Shown: in pieces, positions 19,688 to 28,250 of the stretch | Numbering within the stretch: the first letter of the stretch is position 1 | Layout of the letters: every line of letters begins with the position of its first letter | Source: Vicinamibacteria bacterium | GTDB lineage: Bacteria; Acidobacteriota; Vicinamibacteria; Marinacidobacterales; Marinacidobacteraceae | DNA length: 64,000 bases | NCBI GenBank assembly: GCA_963555995.3 | Contig: OY821641.1 | Coordinates: 2,336,001-2,400,000 of the forward strand | Reading direction: 5' to 3' | Translations under genes and position numbers: made by a program | Notes under the pieces: model-generated | Told to the model about the DNA's origin: nothing | Seen by the model: only the letters and a program-made list of their open reading frames with translations | Databases searched by the model: none

Positions 19688-20518
19688 TTACAAACGCCGC
19701 CCGTCACCCTCCGCCGCCGGCTGGATCCTGACGGCGCCGTCTTCGAGGCGAAGCGCCGTCAGCGAACCGTTCCAGACGCAACCCGAGTCGAGGCAGACCG
19801 CCCGTTCGGACACCATCAGGCCGAGGGCCGCCCAGTGGCCAAACAGCACGGTCAGGCCCTCCGGCAGCGAAACGCTCTCGAACCACGGGCGGTGACCCGG
19901 CGGGATGGACTCGGGAACCCCGTCGAAGTCGAAGGACGGGGTCCCCTCCCCGTCCACGATGCGGATCCGGGTCAAGACGGAAGCCGCCGCGACGGCCCTG
20001 CCGAGGTCGTCTCCGGGCGACTCCTCGCCGTCCTCCGGCGGGCGGTCCCCGCGAAGCGAATAGAGCGCCCGCAGGAAGCCGGGACGGTCCCGCGACAGAC
20101 CTCCGCTCGCGGCCGCGCCGGCGGTTTCCACCTCGGCGAGGCCCCACCCGGGGAGCAGGCCCGCGTGCACGAGCAAAAACCCGGCCTCGCGATGAACGAA
20201 GGGAAGCCCGGCGACCCAGTCGCACAGCTCGCCGGCGTCCGGGGCGGCGAGCAGCGGCGCCAGTGTGTCCCGCCGGCGGGCCGGAATCACTCCCTCGCGC
20301 TGCGCCAGCAGGTGCAGGTCGTGGTTTCCGAGCACGCACACCACCGATTCGCGATGCCGGTACGCCCAGCGCAGCATGCCGAGCGAGTCGGGTCCCCGGT
20401 TGACGAGGTCCCCCACGAACCAGAGCCGGTCGCTTCCGGGCCGGAATTCCAGGCGGTCCAGGAGCGCCTGGAACGTGCTAAAACACCCCTGCACATCGCC
20501 GACGACCCAGGTTGCCAC
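19688..20518 (-). CDS. apaH: Symmetrical bis(5'-nucleosyl)-tetraphosphatase
   Basis: GDVQGC, GDLVNRGPDS, GNHDLHL, VHAG, FGHWAAL, LDSGCVW. Confidence 0.9.
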   Translation of the reverse strand: MATWVVGDVQGCFSTFQALLDRLEFRPGSDRLWFVGDLVNRGPDSLGMLRWAYRHRESVVCVLGNHDLHLLAQREGVIPARRRDTLAPLLAAPDAGELCDWVAGLPFVHREAGFLLVHAGLLPGWGLAEVETAGAAASGGLSRDRPGFLRALYSLRGDRPPEDGEESPGDDLGRAVAAASVLTRIRIVDGEGTPSFDFDGVPESIPPGHRPWFESVSLPEGLTVLFGHWAALGLMVSERAVCLDSGCVWNGSLTALRLEDGAVRIQPAAEGDGRRL

Positions 20519-20652
20519 AGAGCCGGATGCTAATGCGGAGACCGGCTCTCCGAGCCGGAAAGGATGCTTGAAACCATGACGACGGGCACCTGTGTGGCGT
20601 TTCCCGCGGTTCGGACCAACGGCGACGGCCGGGACTGCCGGCAGCCGTCCGC

Positions 20653-22164
20653 ATGACCGCCCGACGAAACCTCCCGATGGGCCTCTTCGCCGCCGTGGAC
20701 CTCGGTTCCCGCAGCTTCCACCTCACCGTGGCCCGGGTCCACGGCGAGAACATCGAGGTGGTGGACCGGGTCAAGGAGCCGGTGCGCATGGCCGCGGGGA
20801 TCCGGAACAAGGCGGTGGAACCGGCGGTCTGGCGGCGCGTCGCAGCCGCGCTCGCCCGCATCGGAGAGCGCATTCGGGACATCCCGCCCGGCCAGGCGCG
20901 GGCCGTGGGCACGAACGCCTTCCGGCAGGTGAGGGACCGGAAGGCCCTGCTCGGGGAGGCCGCGAAGGCGCTCGGCCACCGGGTGGAGGTCATTTCCGGC
21001 GCCGAGGAGGCGCGCCTCATCTACCTCGGAGTCAGCACGCTCCTCCCGGACGATACGGACCGGCGACTGGTCGTGGACATCGGCGGCGGCAGTACCGAAC
21101 TCGTGATTGGCAGGGGACACGAACCGCTGAAGGCCGCGAGCCTCTACATGGGATGCGTCTCCTTCACCCGCCGCTTCTTCCCGAGCGGCGTCATCAACAA
21201 GGCCGCGTTCGCCGCCGCCGAAACGGAGGCGCGCCGGGAACTCGAAACGGTGGAGGAGGGATTCCTGGGACTCGGCTGGTCGAGCGTGTTCGGTTCGTCG
21301 GGAACGGTCGAGGCGGCCGCGGAACTGCTCCGGACGAACGGCGGCCTCACCCGCTCCGGACTGAAGGGGCTCCGGAACCGGATGATCCGCGCCGCCCACG
21401 TCGAGGCCGTGGCCGAAGGCCCGGACGCGCTCTCCGGATTTCCGAAGGATCGGACGTGGGACTTTCCGGGCGGGGTGGCGATTCTCCGGGCGGCCATGAA
21501 GACCCTCGGCATCGAGCGGATCGAGCCGGCCGAAGGGGCGCTCCGCGAGGGCGTGCTCTTCGACCTGATCGGCCGGCGGCGGCGACAGGACGTGCGGGAA
21601 GCCACGATCCGCAACCTGATGACCCAGTACCGGGTGGACCTCGAACAGGCCGAACGGGTGAAGGCCACCGCGCTGGTCGGACTGCGGCAGCTCCGGGAGC
21701 CGTGGGGACTCACGCACGAGTCCCACGAGCGCTTCCTGCGCTGGGCCGCCGATCTCCACGAGATCGGCCTGTCGGTGTCCTTCAGCGGCCATCACCGTCA
21801 CGGCGCCTACATCATCCGGAACTCGGAAATGCCCGGGTTTTCCCGGGACGACCAGGAGCTGCTGGCCGCGCTCATCGAGACCCACCGGCAGCGACTCCGC
21901 TACGGCCGCTTCGACGAGATGACCGCCGCCGATCCGGCCGCCACCGGCCGGCTGGCGGCCATCCTGCGCATTGCGGTGCTCCTCTGCCGCCGGCGCAGCC
22001 GGGAGCCCCTGCCCCTGATCGAAGCCGCCGCCGCGGACGGCCGCCTCGAACTCGCCTTCCCTCCCGGCTGGCTCGACCACCACCCCCTGACCCGCGCCGG
22101 CATCGCCCAGGAGGCGGAGGAACTCGCCGCGATTGGCCTTGAGCTCCGGGTCCGGGATTCGTAG
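20653..22164 (+). CDS. ppx: Exopolyphosphatase Ppx/GppA with HD domain
   Basis: DLGSRSFHL, ISGAEEARLIYLGV, DIGGGSTE, ALREG, LHEIG..HHRHG. Confidence 0.9.
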   Translation: MTARRNLPMGLFAAVDLGSRSFHLTVARVHGENIEVVDRVKEPVRMAAGIRNKAVEPAVWRRVAAALARIGERIRDIPPGQARAVGTNAFRQVRDRKALLGEAAKALGHRVEVISGAEEARLIYLGVSTLLPDDTDRRLVVDIGGGSTELVIGRGHEPLKAASLYMGCVSFTRRFFPSGVINKAAFAAAETEARRELETVEEGFLGLGWSSVFGSSGTVEAAAELLRTNGGLTRSGLKGLRNRMIRAAHVEAVAEGPDALSGFPKDRTWDFPGGVAILRAAMKTLGIERIEPAEGALREGVLFDLIGRRRRQDVREATIRNLMTQYRVDLEQAERVKATALVGLRQLREPWGLTHESHERFLRWAADLHEIGLSVSFSGHHRHGAYIIRNSEMPGFSRDDQELLAALIETHRQRLRYGRFDEMTAADPAATGRLAAILRIAVLLCRRRSREPLPLIEAAAADGRLELAFPPGWLDHHPLTRAGIAQEAEELAAIGLELRVRDS

Positions 22165-22240
22165 GAATGCCGCCGGACGCCTGCTTCTACCGGGGGCAGG
22201 AGGCGGGGAAGGGCGGCCGGGGGTTGGTGGAAGTCAAGCT

Positions 22241-23088
22241 TCAGGACCGGCAGCCGCGCGTCAGGATGGTCTCGACGGGGCACCGCAAGGTGATCGGTGC
22301 GCAGCCAGGAGCCACCGCGTCGAGACGCAGATCGTTGTACCAACTGAGCGATATCCGCTGACGGTGACTTCCCGCCGAGAGTCCCTGATAGGGCAGGCTG
22401 TTAGGAATCGCCAACGCGACGGGAGGTACGTGAGACAGGGCGATGGGCAGCTCGGGTGGGTCGTCGCGGTCTTGGAGGCGTTCCTCCCAGTACGGATCAG
22501 AGATCCGGAGTCCGACGCTCGGCGGGCCTTCGAGTGTGAGACGCGCCACTGAGAAGCTCCCGTCGAAATCGAAGTCCTCGCGGGTCGCCGAAAGTTCCAG
22601 GCGCTCGCATCCGGGCCAGCGCTCCCCGTCGTCAGGCTCACGCTGAAGGTCGCTGACTCCGCGGCCAGCGCAACCTCCGGCGGCAGTCCCTCCGGCGGCG
22701 GAACCAGGGTGATCCGGAAGTCAGTCGGAGGTTCCGTTCGTCGGTCCGAGATGCCCACGATCTCGACGGCGCCGTGCCCGTAAGCCTCGATCTCGACGGT
22801 TTCCGGTGCGAGCACCTCACTCGCGGGGCCGCTCCGTTCCACGGACAACGCGAGCGGCGCCCGCAGCAGCACACCGGAAACCACGATCGCGGCTCGGACG
22901 CGGCCGCCCTCGGGGAGACTCGCGCGGGCAGGGTCCGCAAACCCGATCCAGGTCTCCGGCTCGGGAGGAGGCGGGGGCGCCGGCACCGGCGGCGGCCCGG
23001 CCTGCGGGGCGGTCAGCCCGCCGCCGTCGCCGCAACCCGCGGACAGCAAACCAGCCAACAGAATCCGGGCGGCGGTCCGCCGCGTCAC
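22241..23088 (-). pseudogene. Lipoprotein with Pro-rich linker, split by a 1-bp frameshift near 22634
   Basis: Lipobox LSAGC and PPPVPAPPPPPEP in one frame up to ...ATFSVSL; a protein-like continuation DDGERWPGCERLELSA...GCRS lies in another frame. Confidence 0.55.
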
Positions 23089-24146
23089 CGCAGCCTCCCC
23101 GACTCCAACTCGATGTCGGCCACGCCGACCGTTCGGCCCGGCGTCACCTCCACCCACTGCCAATGATCGAGAACATCGAGACCACGTCCGTCGAACGCCA
23201 TGGCGAGCAGGTCGCCGTGCGCGTTGCTGTAGTGAATCAGGATCGGATGGACCCAGAGCAGCACGGCTCCGAGCTGCAATCCCTCCAGGTGGAAATACCC
23301 GGCTTCGTCCGCAAATGCTCCCGGACCCATGCGAGGCCGGGAACCGGGATACACCGCCTGGACGTAGGTGAACGGAACCGTCCCCGAATCTCCGACCAGC
23401 CGACCGGCGATGGCGCCCCGTAAGGCGACGAATCCGGATGCCGGGTACAGGAGCGAAACACCGGTCTTCTCGTCTTCACTGACCACCCCGGCGCGCCCGA
23501 AACCGTAGGACATCACGGTTTCGGGCAGGAACCCGGCCGGAATCGGAGGGGGTCGTTCCTGGGAGTACTCGAGCCACCCGGGAATCGGATGGGGCTCGGT
23601 GTGGGCGAGCCCGAGGCAGTGGCCGATCTCGTGCACCAGCGTCTTCCGCATCCGCAGTTCCACCTCCTCACGGTCCACTCCGTCCTCCAGCCACCCTCGG
23701 AAGCGGTCCACGTTCATCTCGATGTCGCAGTGCGTCAGGCGACCGGTAGATACGGACGACCACAGTGGCGCCTTGCCGCTGAACGAACTTTCATCTCCGA
23801 ACGGGACCCAACCGATCGTGAACATTCCGTCGGACCCGTCCCGCCCCTCGCCTTGGACCCAACCGGGTTCCAGCCGCAACTCGATGTCCGCCGTCGGGAT
23901 CGAGGACCACTCCCGGAGCGCGTCCGCAGCCATGTTCCGCCAGCGGGTCTCATCCAGGTAGTCCGGGATGCTCTCCTGTAGGTGGAACCGCAACGGAAAG
24001 TCCGCCGTCTCCCAGCGGAGGGCCGCCGACGCGGGCACGATCCACCGCCCCTCGCTCACCGGATAGAACCGGTAGGCCGGCGCCAAGGGCGCCGTCAACA
24101 GCAGGACGACAACCCCCGGTCCGAAAATCCGGATCCATCCCCGCAT
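23085..24146 (-). CDS. Matrixin-like (metzincin) secreted metalloprotease
   Basis: Signal peptide, HEIGHCLGLAH zinc motif, Met-turn TVMSY, C-terminal beta-rich domain. Confidence 0.85.
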   Translation of the reverse strand: MRGWIRIFGPGVVVLLLTAPLAPAYRFYPVSEGRWIVPASAALRWETADFPLRFHLQESIPDYLDETRWRNMAADALREWSSIPTADIELRLEPGWVQGEGRDGSDGMFTIGWVPFGDESSFSGKAPLWSSVSTGRLTHCDIEMNVDRFRGWLEDGVDREEVELRMRKTLVHEIGHCLGLAHTEPHPIPGWLEYSQERPPPIPAGFLPETVMSYGFGRAGVVSEDEKTGVSLLYPASGFVALRGAIAGRLVGDSGTVPFTYVQAVYPGSRPRMGPGAFADEAGYFHLEGLQLGAVLLWVHPILIHYSNAHGDLLAMAFDGRGLDVLDHWQWVEVTPGRTVGVADIELESGRLR

Positions 24147-24354
24147 CCGCACGCTGGCGATTCTATTTCCGTGCTTGTCTCGAACCGGGGAGCCGGTCTC
24201 CAGGCCTGCAGCGCTCGACGTAGATGGGCGCAACGCGTGACGCCCAGCGATCATCGGCGACCGAGGGGCGCATTCCGCGCGTAGAATCGGGTCGCCAAGA
24301 AAGAGGTGCGGCTCCGGAACTCTCGCTGTTTCGCCGAGCTACACAGACACGGCG

Positions 24355-24858
24355 TCACGGATCCAGCAACGCTGCGAGTTCGGACATGCGCAGGAGCAGC
24401 ATGAGCGGCTCCCGGTCCGAGAACGGACGAAACCCGAATCGTCCGTAGAAGGATCCGGCCTGGTCGTTGATGGCCTGCACGACGATGGCGCGCGCTCCGA
24501 TCAGATCGGCGGCCGCCAAGGCGCGTCGAGCCGCGTCAATGAGCAAGTCGGAGCCGAGGCGGTGGCCCTGATAGGAGGTGTCAACCGCGAGTTGCCCGAG
24601 CAGGATGACCGGTATCGGCTCGGGCATGTTGCGGCCGACCCGAGAGGAGACACGGCGCCGTTCGACGGAACTGGCGGCGAGGCTGTAGAACCCGGCGACG
24701 CGGACGCCGTCGCAAGCGACGTAGGTCCGCGCGCCGCCCTTCGCTTCGTTCAGTCGTGCCTTGCTCCGCAGCCAGGCATCGAGGGCGGGAACCCCGGAGG
24801 AGAAGTCGGAGACGTCGTGTTGGGAACCGAGCGATTCCGGTGCGCTCAGCGCCGCCAC
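24355..24858 (-). CDS. GNAT-family toxin (TacT/AtaT-like)
   Basis: FSSGVPALDAWL, VAGFYSL, PIPVILLGQLAVD..YQG, FYGRFGF; overlaps the upstream antitoxin. Confidence 0.88.
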   Translation of the reverse strand: MAALSAPESLGSQHDVSDFSSGVPALDAWLRSKARLNEAKGGARTYVACDGVRVAGFYSLAASSVERRRVSSRVGRNMPEPIPVILLGQLAVDTSYQGHRLGSDLLIDAARRALAAADLIGARAIVVQAINDQAGSFYGRFGFRPFSDREPLMLLLRMSELAALLDP

Positions 24859-25103
24859 TGGGGCCTGCGCGCGAAACGCGCCTTGACGGCTGGATCGGGG
24901 TCCACCGGCGCGTCAAGCGCGGCGACGAAAGCCTCCCACGCCTCATCGTCAAGGGCAATGACGGGGCGCTCGTTCAGGGTCTCGATCGCCGCCGCCTCAC
25001 TGGAGCGGAGCACGAACTCGGTACGGGTGACGCCCCGGATGGCGGCCGCGCGGTCTATGAACGTGAGACGCTCGCTGGACATGCGGAAGTTGACCTGGGC
25101 CAT
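24846..25103 (-). CDS. DUF1778 RHH antitoxin (TacA-like)
   Basis: VNFR...IDRAA..G.TRTEFVL..AA.E.L..I.L...W.AF.AALDAP. Confidence 0.88.
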   Translation of the reverse strand: MAQVNFRMSSERLTFIDRAAAIRGVTRTEFVLRSSEAAAIETLNERPVIALDDEAWEAFVAALDAPVDPDPAVKARFARRPQWRR

Positions 25104-25115
25104 TGCCGTTCCCCC

Positions 25116-25156
25116 TGCTACAGACCAGTGTATAGCATATGTATAGCAAACAAGCA
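25116..25156 (-). promoter_or_regulatory. TA promoter/operator
   Basis: Direct repeat TGTATAGCA at 25129 and 25140, partial inverted copy TGCTACA at 25116; minus strand reads TTGCTT-N17-TATACA. Confidence 0.5.
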
Positions 25157-25164
25157 GCCTGCAA

Positions 25165-25207
25165 ATCCCGGAACGGGGAATGAACCGGCGGTGAACCGAC
25201 CGTGAAC
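25165..25207 (-). promoter_or_regulatory. Putative PHO box (PhoB/PhoP direct repeats)
   Basis: Minus strand GTTCACGGTCG GTTCACCGCCG GTTCATTCCCC GTTCC, an exact 11-bp period. Confidence 0.55.
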
Positions 25208-25245
25208 GCCATTTCCCGGTCAGCGTCCGGGGAGCGGACGATCCC

Positions 25246-26481
25246 TCAGTTACGCCGGGGGTTCTGGAAGTCGAAGAGCCACTGGAAGAGGAGCAGCAAC
25301 TCGTGGTCGGCCACGGCGCCGAAACGCCAGCGGTAGTCGGCGGACAGGTGCGTCATGCTCCACGGGAGCTCATAGCGCGTCCCGGCGACGAGGTAGCTGG
25401 AGTGGCCGGAGTCTTCCACCGGACCGTGGTTCGTCTCGGTTCCGAACTCCCCCATCGCCCAGATCCCCTGGGGGAAGCGATGGCGGAACCGGGCGAACCC
25501 GCCGAAATGTTCCCGGCCGTACTGCTCCCGGCGGAAGGCCGCGCCCCGAAAATCGCGGTTGCCGTCGGTTTCGCCTTCCAGGTAGAAGCCCGTCTGGCGC
25601 CGCGGGGTCAACGCGTCGTCGGGACCGTCCCACCCCTCGTAGTGACCGGCATCCAGGAGTATGGACGTCCCGCCGATGTCGAAAATCCGGCCGACGCTCC
25701 CCAGCACGTCTTTCCTGGCGTTGTCTTCGGCCTCGTATCCGCTGCCCTGCACCACATGAAGCCGCGCGTTGTAGGCCCCCCGGTCGAGGAACATGAAGAT
25801 GCCGGTTTCCCGCGAGCGGGTGAGCCTGGCGCCGACGGCCGCGTGGATCGTCTGGCGGGAGTGCGACGACTCGGTGAACTCACCGAACCAGGCGAGCGAA
25901 CTGCGTCCGGCGCGGATCTGGAAGCCGCCGCCCACATCGAACTGCATCCAGAAATCGTGCATCCGGGTCTTGCCGAGGTCATAGGTGACGTTGGTGACGA
26001 TCCGGTTTCCGATCTTCGTCTTGCTCCAGAGGGAAAAGCTGCTGATCGAAGGGTCGCCGAGATCCCCGGCCTCGTCGAGCACCCGGCCGCGGAACCGGAC
26101 GTTCATGTCCACCAAGGGGGTGGCGCCGGCGCCGATCTGGGCAGCCCCGGAATCGGCACTCTCTCCGCCTTCCTCGGTCTCGGGCTCGTCGGCGACGCCG
26201 GTCTCGCCCGCTCCCTCGCCCGCTTCCTCCGCCGCAAGCTGCTCCTCACCGGTGAGTGGCGTGGCGGCGGCCATCTGCCCGGCCAGCTTCGCCTGCACGG
26301 TTTCTTCCTGAACAGCCCATCCGGAAGGAGTTCCCCCGGCAACGGCCGTTCCGGCCATGGCCCAGGACGTCAGGAGGAAGCAGAGCGTGCGGAACAGCGA
26401 TCCGCTTCGCAGCGCCAGACAAAGGGGCAAACTCCGGCCGCGAGCGCAACCGCGGCCACCCCGGGAATCCAAGCCCAGCAT
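25246..26481 (-). CDS. Phosphate-selective porin OprO/OprP-like outer-membrane protein
   Basis: Signal peptide, acidic linker, beta-barrel pattern; IRAGR...ESS...RETG...QGSG...DN..KDVLG resembles Porin_O_P; close to phoBR. Start uncertain. Confidence 0.6.
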   Translation of the reverse strand: MLGLDSRGGRGCARGRSLPLCLALRSGSLFRTLCFLLTSWAMAGTAVAGGTPSGWAVQEETVQAKLAGQMAAATPLTGEEQLAAEEAGEGAGETGVADEPETEEGGESADSGAAQIGAGATPLVDMNVRFRGRVLDEAGDLGDPSISSFSLWSKTKIGNRIVTNVTYDLGKTRMHDFWMQFDVGGGFQIRAGRSSLAWFGEFTESSHSRQTIHAAVGARLTRSRETGIFMFLDRGAYNARLHVVQGSGYEAEDNARKDVLGSVGRIFDIGGTSILLDAGHYEGWDGPDDALTPRRQTGFYLEGETDGNRDFRGAAFRREQYGREHFGGFARFRHRFPQGIWAMGEFGTETNHGPVEDSGHSSYLVAGTRYELPWSMTHLSADYRWRFGAVADHELLLLFQWLFDFQNPRRN

Positions 26482-26544
26482 GGGGTCACATTTTGTTGCC
26501 CGGGAGTTACGTCCGTCTGAAAGATTCTTGATTCGCCGGTCACG

Positions 26545-26588
26545 ATCCCATGAACATCAGGGAACAAAAGATGAATGTCCCATGAATC
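26545..26588 (-). promoter_or_regulatory. Putative PHO box upstream of the porin
   Basis: Minus strand ATTCAT/ATTCAT/GTTCCC/GTTCAT at 11, 11 and 10 bp spacing in an AT-richer intergenic region. Confidence 0.45.
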
Positions 26589-26663
26589 CCGATTTCGAGT
26601 TGGTGACGCCATTCAACGAAGCCGTAATCCCGCAGCAACCGGACCCGGCCGGCGCCGGGCTGG

Positions 26664-27503
26664 TCAGCGGTCGTCGCGAATCGGATCCGCGGGATAGACC
26701 CCCAGGATCCTGACCGACCGGGAGAAGAAGCGGAGTTCTTCAAGCGCCTTCGCCACGCCCGAGTCCTCGGGATGGCCGGCGACGTCGCAGTAGAACTGCG
26801 TCGAGGTGAAGGAGCCGCCCAGCATGTAGCTTTCGAGCTTCTGCATGTTGACCCCGTTCGTCGCGAACCCCCCGAGCGCCTTGTAGAGGGCGCCCGGAAG
26901 ATTTCGCACCTGGAACACGAACGTCGTAATCGCGTCCACGTCACGAGGAACCGGAACCGGCTCTCCGGCCATGACGAGGAAACGGGTGATGTTTCGCGAG
27001 ACGTCCGCGATGTCCGGCGCCAGCACGGAGAGCCCGTGAAGTCCGGCGGCGAGCGCCGAAGCGATGGCCGCCCTGGAGGTATCGCCGCTTCCCGCGATCA
27101 GGATCGCGGCCCCGGCGGTGTCCGCCTCCGCGACGGGGCGCAGGCGCCGGCTGCGGATGAACTCCCGGCACTGGGCGAGCGCGTGCGGGTGACTGTGGAC
27201 GGTCCGGAGTCCGGCAAGCCTCGCTCCGGGAAGACCAAGGAGTTGGTGCCGTACCCGGTGGAAGGCCTCCGCGACGATCTGCAGATCGGATTCGGGCAGG
27301 AGGTGATGGATGTCCGCCACCCGACCGGCAACGGAATTCTCGATCGGAATCATCGCGAGTTCGGCGCTTCCCTTCCCCACTGCCGCGAACGCGTCCGCGA
27401 AGCTCTCGCAGGGCATCGGCTCGTGATCCGGATACCGCTCGCGGCACGCCAGGTCGGAGTAGGAGCCCGGGTATCCCTGAAACGCGATCTTCGGTGGAGC
27501 CAT
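26664..27503 (-). CDS. pheA: Prephenate dehydratase
   Basis: IAFQGYPGSYS, PIENSVAG, SHPHALAQC, NITRF, ACT domain PGALYKAL..LESY. Confidence 0.92.
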   Translation of the reverse strand: MAPPKIAFQGYPGSYSDLACRERYPDHEPMPCESFADAFAAVGKGSAELAMIPIENSVAGRVADIHHLLPESDLQIVAEAFHRVRHQLLGLPGARLAGLRTVHSHPHALAQCREFIRSRRLRPVAEADTAGAAILIAGSGDTSRAAIASALAAGLHGLSVLAPDIADVSRNITRFLVMAGEPVPVPRDVDAITTFVFQVRNLPGALYKALGGFATNGVNMQKLESYMLGGSFTSTQFYCDVAGHPEDSGVAKALEELRFFSRSVRILGVYPADPIRDDR

Positions 27504-27548
27504 GGACAAAGGGAGCATACGCCCGAACTGTGTAGGATTTCCTCGGCC

Positions 27549-28250
27549 ATGAAGCACATCCTCGTCATCGAGGACGACCCGGACATCGTCGAACTCCTCC
27601 GTTACAACCTGGAGCGCGAGTCCTATCGTGTGACGTCCGCGGTCACGGGTTCCGAGGGACTGGCCGAGTTGCAGACGGAGCGGCCGGATCTGGTGATTCT
27701 GGACCTGATGCTGCCCGAGGTCAGCGGGTTCGAGCTCTGCCGGCGACTGCGCAGGGACTCCGTAACCGAGAACCTCCCGGTCATCATGCTGACGGCTCGG
27801 AGTGAGGAGTCCGACGTGATCGCCGGCATCGAACTGGGAGCCGACGACTACATCAAGAAGCCGTTCAGTCCCCGGGAGCTGGTCGCGCGCGTGGGAGCGG
27901 TGCTGCGGAGGGCCGGGCATCCGAAACCGCCGGCCCCCAGGCCCGAAGACGGGACTCTCGAATTCGGCGATCTCTCGATCGACCCGGCTTCACACCGGGT
28001 GCGGCGCGCCGGCGACGACCTCCCGGTGACGCACCTCGAATTCAAGTTGCTCCACTATCTGGCATCCCACCCGGGCCGCGTCTTCTCCCGCGAACGCCTG
28101 CTCGATCGCGTGTGGGGACGCGAGAAATACATCACGCTCCGGAGCGTGGATGTCTATGTGCGCCGCCTGCGCCAGAAGGTGGACGTGTCCGGGAAGCCGT
28201 CGCTCCTCAAGACGGTTCGGGGCGCCGGGTATCGCTTCGAACCACCTTGA
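27549..28250 (+). CDS. phoB: OmpR-family response regulator, PhoB-like
   Basis: IEDD, LDLMLP, MLTARSEE, GADDY.KPFSPREL, RSVDVYVRRLR, TVRGAGY. Confidence 0.8.
   Translation: MKHILVIEDDPDIVELLRYNLERESYRVTSAVTGSEGLAELQTERPDLVILDLMLPEVSGFELCRRLRRDSVTENLPVIMLTARSEESDVIAGIELGADDYIKKPFSPRELVARVGAVLRRAGHPKPPAPRPEDGTLEFGDLSIDPASHRVRRAGDDLPVTHLEFKLLHYLASHPGRVFSRERLLDRVWGREKYITLRSVDVYVRRLRQKVDVSGKPSLLKTVRGAGYRFEPP

Noticed and set aside
26772-27548. Apparent long N-terminal extensions of PhoB and PheA
   Set aside because: Each is the antisense of the other, divergently transcribed gene; true starts are 27549 and 27503.
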